Assembly (NCBI RefSeq): GCF_902459465.1
Contig: NC_047067.1
Location: 7,750,001-7,814,000 of the forward strand
DNA: 64,000 nucleotides
DNA from: Asterias rubens
Lineage: Eukaryota
Direction of reading: 5' to 3'
Shown here one piece after another: positions 63,701 to 64,000 of the stretch. Position numbers and translations under genes: made by a program. Under the pieces are notes generated by a model. That model saw nothing but the letters and a program-made list of their open reading frames with translations. It was not told where the DNA came from and did not search any database. The stretch's first letter is position 1. Each line of letters starts with the position of its first letter.

Positions 63701-64000
63701 AGCTTTTGCCCATCTTGTTGAGGTGGTCTCTTTCTTTTCAATGATGTAGCCAGTAATTGGACTGCCACCATCGGACTCAGGAGGTGACCATGATAGGGTG
63801 ATCTGTTTGCTGTCAACAGCTGTCACATCAGGCTTTCCAGGGGCTTCAGGAACATCTTTAAGAAAAAAGAAGAACATTCAAGATGGATAAGTGTATCTAT
63901 AAAGGCTTTTCCCATAAAACAACACTCATTACAAAGGAGTTACAACAATTGTAAAAATACAAGACTTAAAGGATTAGCTCACCATATGGTGGTTTAGTGA
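505..64000 (-). CDS. Giant titin/twitchin-family muscle protein gene (partial; 83 exons, 73 complete Fn3 + 10 Ig domains; open at both window edges)
   Basis: Exons joined at GT-AG sites give one uninterrupted frame of about 8,270 aa. It has titin-type intracellular Fn3 motifs (P..P....V......L.W.PP..DGGS.I.GY.(I/V)EK(K/R)....W......Y.V..L.EG..YEFRV.AEN.AG...PS) and I-set Ig motifs (G.P.P...W......D.G.Y...A.N..G). Family call is from motif recognition; orthology to vertebrate TTN is not established. Confidence 0.95.
1088..1246. mobile_element. MITE, CCAGGG...TTTCACAAAG-type ends
   Basis: Imperfect inverted termini ccagggctcaatgttacaaagagcta / tagtgctttgtgaaactgtccccctgg; related to elements at 6375 and 19236. 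Confidence 0.5.
1416..1703 (-). CDS. exon E82, Ig
   Basis: 288 nt, phase 1-1, VAPKVNV...INIL. Confidence 0.9.
2046..2330 (-). CDS. exon E81, Ig
   Basis: 285 nt, phase 1-1, GSIPATFV...VKLQ. Confidence 0.9.
2358..2470 (-). mobile_element. SINE/LINE 3' tail fragment with (TTA)n end
   Basis: Minus strand reads aagcgctttgagatgccctttgggtgtgtaaagagctatataaaaaccatttattattatt, similar to the tails at 25340 and at the L2 3' end. Confidence 0.5.
2666..2968 (-). CDS. exon E80, Fn3
   Basis: 303 nt, phase 1-1, DVPTAPGKP...VKDPR. Confidence 0.9.
3243..3625 (-). repeat. Two direct copies (3243-3325, 3543-3625) of an ~83-bp tRNA-SINE head fragment
   Basis: ttaagga..ttttcaaga.taggactc(a/g)aacccacactctgctgatcagaaacaccagagcttgagcca(t/c)ggcactcaa occurs twice; reverse complement carries a B-box-like GGGTTCGAGTCC; homologous to SINE heads at 25560-25655 and 38810-38903. 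Confidence 0.8.
3330..3521. mobile_element. MITE, 192 bp, ~26-bp TIR
   Basis: ATAGACCGATCCACTAAGCTCCGCCC versus reverse complement of right end ATAGATCGATCCAGTAGGCTCCGCCC (23/26); 2-bp TSD TA (or AT, ambiguous because the ends are palindromic). Confidence 0.85.
3626..4389 (-). mobile_element. 5'-truncated L2/CR1-group LINE (RT C-terminal region, 3' UTR, (TTA)n tail)
   Basis: ORF 3774-4361 has the L2-type motifs LVHAFVTTRLDFCNSLL, HITPVL..L.WLPV, RSFSYA.P.LWNSLP and LKTH; tail = (TAA)n at 3626-3705 on +; flanked by CACTCAA at 3619-3625 and 4390-4396. Confidence 0.9.
4438..4601 (-). CDS. exon E79, Fn3 C-terminal part
   Basis: 164 nt, phase 2-1, RTIWQNAG...AKAPY; with E78 totals 303 nt; missed by the ORF track. 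Confidence 0.88.
5093..5231 (-). CDS. exon E78, Fn3 N-terminal part
   Basis: 139 nt, phase 1-2, DKPGPPLGP...REPN; missed by the ORF track. Confidence 0.88.
5715..6005 (-). CDS. exon E77, Ig
   Basis: 291 nt, phase 1-1, SLPSLDL...VKVV. Confidence 0.9.
6141..6292. mobile_element. MITE, A(T/A)GGGAGACTTT TIR family
   Basis: atgggagacttt ... aaagtctcccttt; second copy at 34377-34524 shares the TIR and tatgtctgctgcc. Confidence 0.65.
6375..6618. mobile_element. Foldback MITE, ~48-bp TIR (GGGCCCAATTTCATAGAGCTGCT...)
   Basis: Left gggcccaatttcatagagctgcttagcacaaaaatttgcttagcatga matches the reverse complement of 6568-6615; extra internal inverted repeat aaacaggattaccaaccaaatttcc / ggaaatttggttggcaatcctgtttt. 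Confidence 0.85.
6997..7172 (-). CDS. exon E76, Ig C-terminal part
   Basis: 176 nt, phase 2-1, (W)VRKGHEL...LHIK. Confidence 0.88.
7936..8047 (-). CDS. exon E75, Ig N-terminal part
   Basis: 112 nt, phase 1-2, PGVAPTFTQ...FTCRVTGTPAPQVV(W); missed by the ORF track. Confidence 0.88.
8033..8580. repeat. Local tandem duplication, ~299-bp offset, including the E75 acceptor
   Basis: ttggtgcaactccagct.aaagtc.aaat...tataaggtttt...aaactttaacaa...aaattgaggttcttttag at 8033 and 8332; similarity continues with indels to about 8290/8580. Confidence 0.8.
8604..8903 (-). CDS. exon E74, Fn3
   Basis: 300 nt, phase 1-1, RRPSPPGIP...ARDVL. Confidence 0.9.
9515..9820 (-). CDS. exon E73, Fn3
   Basis: 306 nt, phase 1-1, SVPSAPGKP...AKDPA. 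Confidence 0.9.
10384..10686 (-). CDS. exon E72, Fn3
   Basis: 303 nt, phase 1-1, DVPGPPTGP...CKSLY. Confidence 0.9.
10991..11050. repeat. 30-bp tandem duplication
   Basis: aagtgacacttacaggaat(ta/ga)(t/c)atttgatt twice. Confidence 0.8.
11172..11456 (-). CDS. exon E71, Ig
   Basis: 285 nt, phase 1-1, SEPKIDL...VIVV. Confidence 0.88.
11851..12114 (-). CDS. exon E70, Ig (short, divergent type)
   Basis: 264 nt, phase 1-1, EMAEFTEP...KYSCRCG...VKVK. Confidence 0.88.
12303..12443. mobile_element. Degenerate MITE of the ATAGAC/ATTGACC-end family
   Basis: atagacacttgca... left end and ...tacaaggggtcttt right end; resembles the ends at 17544. Confidence 0.4.
12522..12716. repeat. Local direct duplication, ~115-bp offset
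   Basis: ttcaactt(g)agaagtattttcaag.aaataac.gtacaaaatattagtaa...atgatcag.gc occurs twice. Confidence 0.75.
12763..13065 (-). CDS. exon E69, Fn3
   Basis: 303 nt, phase 1-1, DVPEAPGTP...AKTPI. Confidence 0.9.
13568..13873 (-). CDS. exon E68, Fn3
   Basis: 306 nt, phase 1-1, DKPSPPEGP...VKSPF. Confidence 0.9.
14072..14362 (-). CDS. exon E67, Ig
   Basis: 291 nt, phase 1-1, AAPKLEL...VSVL. Confidence 0.9.
14887..15186 (-). CDS. exon E66, Fn3
   Basis: 300 nt, phase 1-1, EVPGQPGP...VERPA. Confidence 0.9.
15805..16072 (-). CDS. exon E65, Fn3 (lacks first residues, which are in E64)
   Basis: 268 nt, phase 0-1, VVRLGSN...PKGDY. Confidence 0.88.
16794..17113 (-). CDS. exon E64, Ig plus start of Fn3
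   Basis: 320 nt, phase 1-0, VPPKLEL...VVDRPSPPEGPLQ. Confidence 0.88.
17544..17766. mobile_element. GC-rich MITE-like element
   Basis: Imperfect inverted ends attgaccccttgcacgcgcgtca / tgacgtcaggtgaaatgggtcatt; CpG-rich interior in an AT-rich intron. Confidence 0.45.
17809..17923 (-). CDS. exon E63, Fn3 C-terminal part
   Basis: 115 nt, phase 0-1, VGRLLRG...AENPP; with E62 totals 303 nt; missed by the ORF track. Confidence 0.88.
18613..18800 (-). CDS. exon E62, Fn3 N-terminal part
   Basis: 188 nt, phase 1-0, VVPDAPDAP...TTFK. Confidence 0.88.
19236..19386. mobile_element. MITE, GAGGTCGATTTCACAAAGA ends
   Basis: gaggtcgatttcacaaaga ... tctttgtcaaatccactc imperfect TIR. Confidence 0.6.
19423..19596. 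mobile_element. PIF/Harbinger-type MITE
   Basis: TIR AGCCCGGTTCATACTTCCTG / CAGGAAGTACGAACCGGGCT; TTA on both flanks (3-bp TTA/TAA TSD is typical of PIF/Harbinger). Confidence 0.85.
19636..20217 (-). CDS. exon E61, Ig + Fn3
   Basis: 582 nt, phase 1-1, VLPKLGE...PKGQY. Confidence 0.9.
20418..20720 (-). CDS. exon E60, Fn3
   Basis: 303 nt, phase 1-1, DVPGPPSTP...AQEAS. Confidence 0.9.
21072..21370. mobile_element. MITE with bipartite inverted ends
   Basis: atttttgaccgcg...gcgct and atcacttccgggggta on the left are mirrored by tacccccggaagtgat...agcgccatcacgcggtcaaaaat on the right. Confidence 0.75.
21525..21834 (-). CDS. exon E59, last Ig residues + Fn3
   Basis: 310 nt, phase 0-1, VLDRPGPP...IKSKY. 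Confidence 0.88.
22054..22331 (-). CDS. exon E58, Ig (first Ig after the poly-Fn3 array)
   Basis: 278 nt, phase 1-0, VPPKLDL...IRVQ. Confidence 0.88.
22811..23104 (-). CDS. exon E57, Fn3 (last of the poly-Fn3 array)
   Basis: 294 nt, phase 1-1, DAPGAPGSP...TKGVA. Confidence 0.9.
24125..24427 (-). CDS. exon E56, Fn3
   Basis: 303 nt, phase 1-1, DTPDKPAAP...AKAPY. Confidence 0.9.
24988..25290 (-). CDS. exon E55, Fn3
   Basis: 303 nt, phase 1-1, DVPGPPGAP...AKPPY. Confidence 0.9.
25340..25655 (-). mobile_element. Near full-length tRNA-derived SINE
   Basis: Minus strand: A-box-like TGGCCTAGAGG, B-box GGGTTCGAATCCC, body gacacttgtgtccttgagcaa, tail aatgtaaagcggattgagaagttattgtgaaatgcgc. Confidence 0.75.
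25811..26107 (-). CDS. exon E54, Fn3
   Basis: 297 nt, phase 1-1, GVPGVPTSP...AKPPY. Confidence 0.9.
26479..26781 (-). CDS. exon E53, Fn3
   Basis: 303 nt, phase 1-1, (N)VPDSPEDV...IRPPF. Confidence 0.9.
26955..27140 (-). mobile_element. tRNA-derived SINE, second family
   Basis: Minus strand: GGTTTGAATCCC B-box-like, then gcgtgggctttccctgg...gggttttcctcccacatct, a core common in aquatic-animal SINEs. Confidence 0.6.
27250..27552 (-). CDS. exon E52, Fn3
   Basis: 303 nt, phase 1-1, DVPEAPGKP...AKPPY. Confidence 0.9.
28233..28535 (-). CDS. exon E51, Fn3
   Basis: 303 nt, phase 1-1, DVPDAPSSP...ARAPY; weak donor GTTTGT. Confidence 0.88.
28572..28737. mobile_element. MITE, CCAGGGGTCAATTTCAT family (degenerate)
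   Basis: ccaggggtcaatttcat ... tataaaattgggcac; related to 6375 and 46432. Confidence 0.55.
28973..29114 (-). CDS. exon E50, Fn3 C-terminal part
   Basis: 142 nt, phase 0-1, VNADATSH...AKAPY; with E49 totals 303 nt; missed by the ORF track. Confidence 0.88.
29486..29646 (-). CDS. exon E49, Fn3 N-terminal part
   Basis: 161 nt, phase 1-0, DVPGSPDAP...WTKLDE; missed by the ORF track. Confidence 0.88.
30100..30245 (-). mobile_element. Degenerate SINE fragment, same family as 25340
   Basis: caggtaccaattta...tgttgctcaagga...caagtgtcatgactgggatt shared with 25507-25590. Confidence 0.6.
30346..30645 (-). CDS. exon E48, Fn3
   Basis: 300 nt, phase 1-1, DAPDAPGVP...AKPPY. Confidence 0.9.
30964..31148. 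mobile_element. PIF/Harbinger-type MITE, second copy, opposite orientation to 19423
   Basis: Same TIR AGCCCGGTTCATACTTCCTG; interior is the reverse complement of the 19423 copy; ends 13 bp from the E47 donor. Confidence 0.85.
31162..31464 (-). CDS. exon E47, Fn3
   Basis: 303 nt, phase 1-1, (N)IPGAPSQP...AKAPY. Confidence 0.9.
31820..31980 (+). mobile_element. tRNA-derived SINE, third family (further fragments at ~42105-42230 and ~44635-44710)
   Basis: gtcgtgggttcgaatctcacc B-box, then tttttcacagaactcgggaaag...acatcgg...aaaattaatat, repeated at the other two loci. Confidence 0.65.
32053..32355 (-). CDS. exon E46, Fn3
   Basis: 303 nt, phase 1-1, DAPDAPGVP...AKPPY. Confidence 0.9.
32746..33048 (-). 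CDS. exon E45, Fn3
   Basis: 303 nt, phase 1-1, DVPGAPRAP...AKAPY. Confidence 0.9.
33454..33756 (-). CDS. exon E44, Fn3
   Basis: 303 nt, phase 1-1, ESPSAPTIP...AKAPY. Confidence 0.9.
34018..34320 (-). CDS. exon E43, Fn3
   Basis: 303 nt, phase 1-1, GVPGAPSTP...AKPPY. Confidence 0.9.
34377..34524. mobile_element. Foldback MITE, AATGGGAGACTTTC TIR
   Basis: aatgggagactttc / gaaagtctcctatt plus internal inverted repeat taccgggtaaat.ccattgtt / aacaatggaaatttacccggta. Confidence 0.8.
35025..35327 (-). CDS. exon E42, Fn3
   Basis: 303 nt, phase 1-1, DTPGAPSKP...AKSPY. Confidence 0.9.
35483..35529 (-). ncRNA. Minimal hammerhead-ribozyme-like motif (Penelope-like element terminal repeat), variant core
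   Basis: Minus strand GGCUCUC CCGAAGA C GAGCAG AGAAUA CUGUUU GAA ACGU C GAGACC; matches the CUGANGA-stemII-GAAA-UH layout except U4 to C. Confidence 0.45.
35695..35997 (-). CDS. exon E41, Fn3
   Basis: 303 nt, phase 1-1, DVPSQPGTP...AKPPY. Confidence 0.9.
36500..36802 (-). CDS. exon E40, Fn3
   Basis: 303 nt, phase 1-1, DVPEAPGQP...AKAQY. Confidence 0.9.
36865..37047. mobile_element. Tc1/mariner-pogo-type MITE
   Basis: TA|CAGTCGGCTCTCGTTTTAA ... TTAAAATAAGAGTCGACTG|TA; TIR about 19 bp with TA TSD. Confidence 0.8.
37261..37557 (-). CDS. exon E39, Fn3
   Basis: 297 nt, phase 1-1, VAPDAPSVP...VRPPY. Confidence 0.9.
38023..38322 (-). CDS. exon E38, Fn3
   Basis: 300 nt, phase 1-1, GVPDAPRKP...TKPPY. 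Confidence 0.9.
38400..38530 (-). mobile_element. Penelope-type terminal-repeat fragment with degenerate hammerhead motif (38462-38514)
   Basis: Minus strand CUC CUGAAGA C GAUCA aagcacauac UGAUC GAAA ugc GAG; flank accatgtaa...gtggttctgaaaagg is shared with 48320-48365 and 12220-12285. Confidence 0.45.
38640..38903 (-). mobile_element. tRNA-derived SINE
   Basis: Minus strand: TGGCTGAGCTG A-box-like, GGGTTCCAATCCC B-box-like, gacacttgtgcccttgagcaaggcattaac core. Confidence 0.7.
39031..39181 (-). CDS. exon E37, Fn3 C-terminal part
   Basis: 151 nt, phase 0-1, VTRERIS...PKKPY; with E36 totals 303 nt. Confidence 0.88.
39237..39508 (+). repeat. G-rich minisatellite, ~31-bp unit, 8-9 degenerate copies
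   Basis: Consensus GGGGAAAGGAAACCCAGTTGGGTACAGGA(N)1-2; units start at 39390, 39421, 39452 and 39483. Confidence 0.85.
39568..39719 (-). CDS. exon E36, Fn3 N-terminal part
   Basis: 152 nt, phase 1-0, DVPDAPSRP...SRWTQ. Confidence 0.88.
40096..40392 (-). CDS. exon E35, short Fn3
   Basis: 297 nt, phase 1-1, ETPESPSPP...AKDAY. Confidence 0.9.
41043..41633 (-). CDS. exon E34, double Fn3
   Basis: 591 nt, phase 1-1, DVSEAPGTP...IKPPY. Confidence 0.9.
41656..42035. mobile_element. Unclassified interspersed element (probable non-autonomous DNA transposon)
   Basis: Weak inverted ends ttcattcataaatac / gtatttatgagtgggaa; GC-richer interior with two gattggtc/attggtc motifs. Confidence 0.35.
42429..42731 (-). 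CDS. exon E33, Fn3
   Basis: 303 nt, phase 1-1, DKPDAPGQP...AKPPY. Confidence 0.9.
42754..43128. repeat. Local direct duplication (~125-140 bp) split by a SINE-tail fragment
   Basis: tttgatgagattg.gaa...attcttgaat...tgttgg.acatccc...gactc.aacaa...tttgttgcatttttgtca at 42754 and 42989; (AAT)n-tailed fragment at ~42880-42985 lies between. Confidence 0.7.
43293..43595 (-). CDS. exon E32, Fn3
   Basis: 303 nt, phase 1-1, GIPSAPGTP...AKLPY. Confidence 0.9.
43925..44039 (-). CDS. exon E31, Fn3 C-terminal part
   Basis: 115 nt, phase 0-1, VTSLTEG...AKHPY; with E30 totals 303 nt. Confidence 0.88.
44361..44548 (-). CDS. exon E30, Fn3 N-terminal part
   Basis: 188 nt, phase 1-0, DVPGIPGTP...NLIYK. Confidence 0.88.
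44879..45166. mobile_element. Kolobok-type MITE, 288 bp
   Basis: TTAA|AGACACTTGACACTATTGGTAATT ... AATTACCAATAGTGTCCACTGCCT|TTAA; TTAA TSD with RR ends. An isolated right end of the same family is at 3522-3546. Confidence 0.8.
45295..45597 (-). CDS. exon E29, Fn3
   Basis: 303 nt, phase 1-1, DVPDAPDAP...AKQPY. Confidence 0.9.
45942..46247 (-). CDS. exon E28, Fn3
   Basis: 306 nt, phase 1-1, DVPDAPGKP...IKPAY. Confidence 0.9.
46432..46616. mobile_element. MITE, CAGGGCCCAATTTCATA family
   Basis: cagggcccaatttcataaagc ... gctttgtgaaattgggcacag; partial right ends also at ~22486-22538 and ~33265-33316. Confidence 0.7.
46971..47042 (-). pseudogene. Dead partial copy of the 3' end of exon E27
   Basis: cataaggaggtttggcaacaatggatctagaggactgactaggttta...tctaaactcatactca matches 47161-47253 with an internal deletion; the donor reads G|ATAG instead of G|GTAAG. 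Confidence 0.8.
47161..47463 (-). CDS. exon E27, Fn3
   Basis: 303 nt, phase 1-1, DVPSSPGAP...AKPPY; coding frame missed by the ORF track. Confidence 0.9.
47902..48204 (-). CDS. exon E26, Fn3
   Basis: 303 nt, phase 1-1, DVPDAPGSP...AKRPY. Confidence 0.9.
48282..48523. mobile_element. Foldback element with ~95-bp inverted arms around a hammerhead-like core
   Basis: Left arm gaagaaaccataaataaacagtaaacttgcgggtacaaccatgtgtaaatctcttttgt... pairs with right arm ...acaaaagagatttacacatggttgtacctgcaactttactaattatttatagtttcttc; core at 48371-48415. Confidence 0.8.
48612..48908 (-). CDS. exon E25, short Fn3
   Basis: 297 nt, phase 1-1, DTPESPSKP...AKEPY. Confidence 0.9.
49044..49634 (-). CDS. exon E24, double Fn3
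   Basis: 591 nt, phase 1-1, DVPDVPGTP...AKLPY. Confidence 0.9.
50071..50364 (-). CDS. exon E23, short Fn3
   Basis: 294 nt, phase 1-1, DVPKSPSTP...AKEPY. Confidence 0.9.
50627..51217 (-). CDS. exon E22, double Fn3
   Basis: 591 nt, phase 1-1, VVPDAPGTP...AKLPY. Confidence 0.9.
51469..51762 (-). CDS. exon E21, short Fn3
   Basis: 294 nt, phase 1-1, DIPLSPSRP...AKEPY. Confidence 0.9.
51983..52573 (-). CDS. exon E20, double Fn3
   Basis: 591 nt, phase 1-1, DVPDAPGTP...AKLPY; donor GTGTGT. Confidence 0.88.
52884..53180 (-). CDS. exon E19, short Fn3 (protein-identical to E17)
   Basis: 297 nt, phase 1-1, DVPDAPNKP...AKLPY. Confidence 0.9.
53322..53912 (-). CDS. exon E18, double Fn3
   Basis: 591 nt, phase 1-1, DVPASPTNL...AKLPY. 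Confidence 0.9.
54120..54416 (-). CDS. exon E17, short Fn3
   Basis: 297 nt, phase 1-1, DVPDAPNKP...AKLPY. Confidence 0.9.
54612..55202 (-). CDS. exon E16, double Fn3
   Basis: 591 nt, phase 1-1, DVPAPPEDV...AKLPY; the ORF track shows only the second domain. Confidence 0.9.
55411..55713 (-). CDS. exon E15, Fn3
   Basis: 303 nt, phase 1-1, DVPDAPGKP...AKVPY. Confidence 0.9.
56095..56397 (-). CDS. exon E14, Fn3
   Basis: 303 nt, phase 1-1, DVPGAPEQT...AKPPY. Confidence 0.9.
56379..56581. repeat. ~80-bp direct duplication containing the E14 acceptor
   Basis: tctggg(g/c)ctcctg.g.catcttaaaacagaagaaaacaag.ttt.ttaa...ttggctccttta.aataa..caaat at 56379 and 56503. Confidence 0.8.
56758..57060 (-). CDS. 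exon E13, Fn3
   Basis: 303 nt, phase 1-1, DVPERPSAP...AKSKY. Confidence 0.9.
57530..57575 (-). mobile_element. tRNA-like SINE head fragment (a similar one is at ~23172-23218)
   Basis: Minus strand TGGCTCAGTTGGTAGAGC A-box; no complete cloverleaf. Confidence 0.45.
57599..57901 (-). CDS. exon E12, Fn3
   Basis: 303 nt, phase 1-1, DVPSSPSAP...AKHPY. Confidence 0.9.
58511..58813 (-). CDS. exon E11, Fn3
   Basis: 303 nt, phase 1-1, DEPDSPSIP...AKSPF. Confidence 0.9.
59134..59436 (-). CDS. exon E10, Fn3
   Basis: 303 nt, phase 1-1, DVPEAPNSP...AKLPF; missed by the ORF track. Confidence 0.9.
59826..60131 (-). CDS. exon E9, Fn3
   Basis: 306 nt, phase 1-1, DAPGAPGIP...AKPPY. Confidence 0.9.
60421..60723 (-). 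CDS. exon E8, Fn3
   Basis: 303 nt, phase 1-1, DVPGSPSKP...AKPPY. Confidence 0.9.
61200..61502 (-). CDS. exon E7, Fn3
   Basis: 303 nt, phase 1-1, DVPEAPSKP...TKPPY; coding frame missed by the ORF track. Confidence 0.9.
61801..62103 (-). CDS. exon E6, Fn3
   Basis: 303 nt, phase 1-1, DVPGAPGKP...TKPLY. Confidence 0.9.
62230..62532 (-). CDS. exon E5, Fn3
   Basis: 303 nt, phase 1-1, DVPNAPGKP...TKPPY; the ORF track reads through the 126-nt E5/E6 intron. Confidence 0.88.
62656..62958 (-). CDS. exon E4, Fn3
   Basis: 303 nt, phase 1-1, DVPKAPSKP...TKPPY. Confidence 0.9.
63084..63386 (-). CDS. exon E3, Fn3
   Basis: 303 nt, phase 1-1, DVPEAPGKP...TKPPY. Confidence 0.9.
63553..63855 (-). CDS. exon E2, Fn3
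   Basis: 303 nt, phase 1-1, DVPEAPGKP...AKPPY. Confidence 0.9.
63983..64000 (-). CDS. exon E1 (3' end only), Fn3
   Basis: ...ACT AAA CCA CCA TAT G|GTGAG (TKPPY), same ending as neighbouring exons; cut by the window edge. Confidence 0.8.

Noticed and set aside
422-63877. ORF-track start codons and hydrophobic N- and C-terminal extensions on the Fn3/Ig ORFs, which could suggest many separate small secreted or membrane proteins
   Set aside because: The extensions are polypyrimidine tracts and intron read-through; true boundaries are the GT-AG sites listed, which keep a single frame.
22811-64000. Regularly spaced similar sequences as a CRISPR-like or prokaryotic repeat array
   Set aside because: The repeats are protein-coding exons with splice sites in a eukaryotic gene; there are no identical short repeats with unique spacers and no cas genes.
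505-64000. Assigning the symbol TTN or unc-22
   Set aside because: The family is clear, but the architecture matches neither gene, and the kinase needed for orthology is outside the window.

Overview
Eukaryotic, AT-rich genomic DNA from an animal. An invertebrate deuterostome such as an echinoderm is my guess from the repeat landscape, and that is inference only. The whole window lies inside one minus-strand gene of the titin/twitchin/projectin family, which runs off both ends. I traced 83 exons by hand (82 complete and 1 partial, all GT-AG, one continuous reading frame, about 24,810 nt or 8,270 aa). They encode 73 complete fibronectin type III (Fn3) domains and 10 Ig I-set domains. In N-to-C order (high to low coordinate): at least 59 consecutive Fn3 domains with no Ig (64000-22811), then (Ig-Fn-Fn)x4, Ig-Ig-Fn-Fn-Fn, and Ig-Ig-Fn-Fn-Ig-Ig-Fn. 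That last cassette precedes the kinase in titin. Most domains sit on their own phase 1-1 exon of about 303 nt, so the array is splice-modular. The array shows two different three-domain higher-order repeats, near-identical exons in diverged introns, a dead exon fragment, duplicated decoy acceptors and probable gained introns at AG|G sites. Introns hold a truncated L2 LINE, tRNA-derived SINEs, several MITE families, a 31-bp minisatellite and Penelope-type hammerhead-like motifs. All coordinates and identities were read or counted by hand, with no database search.
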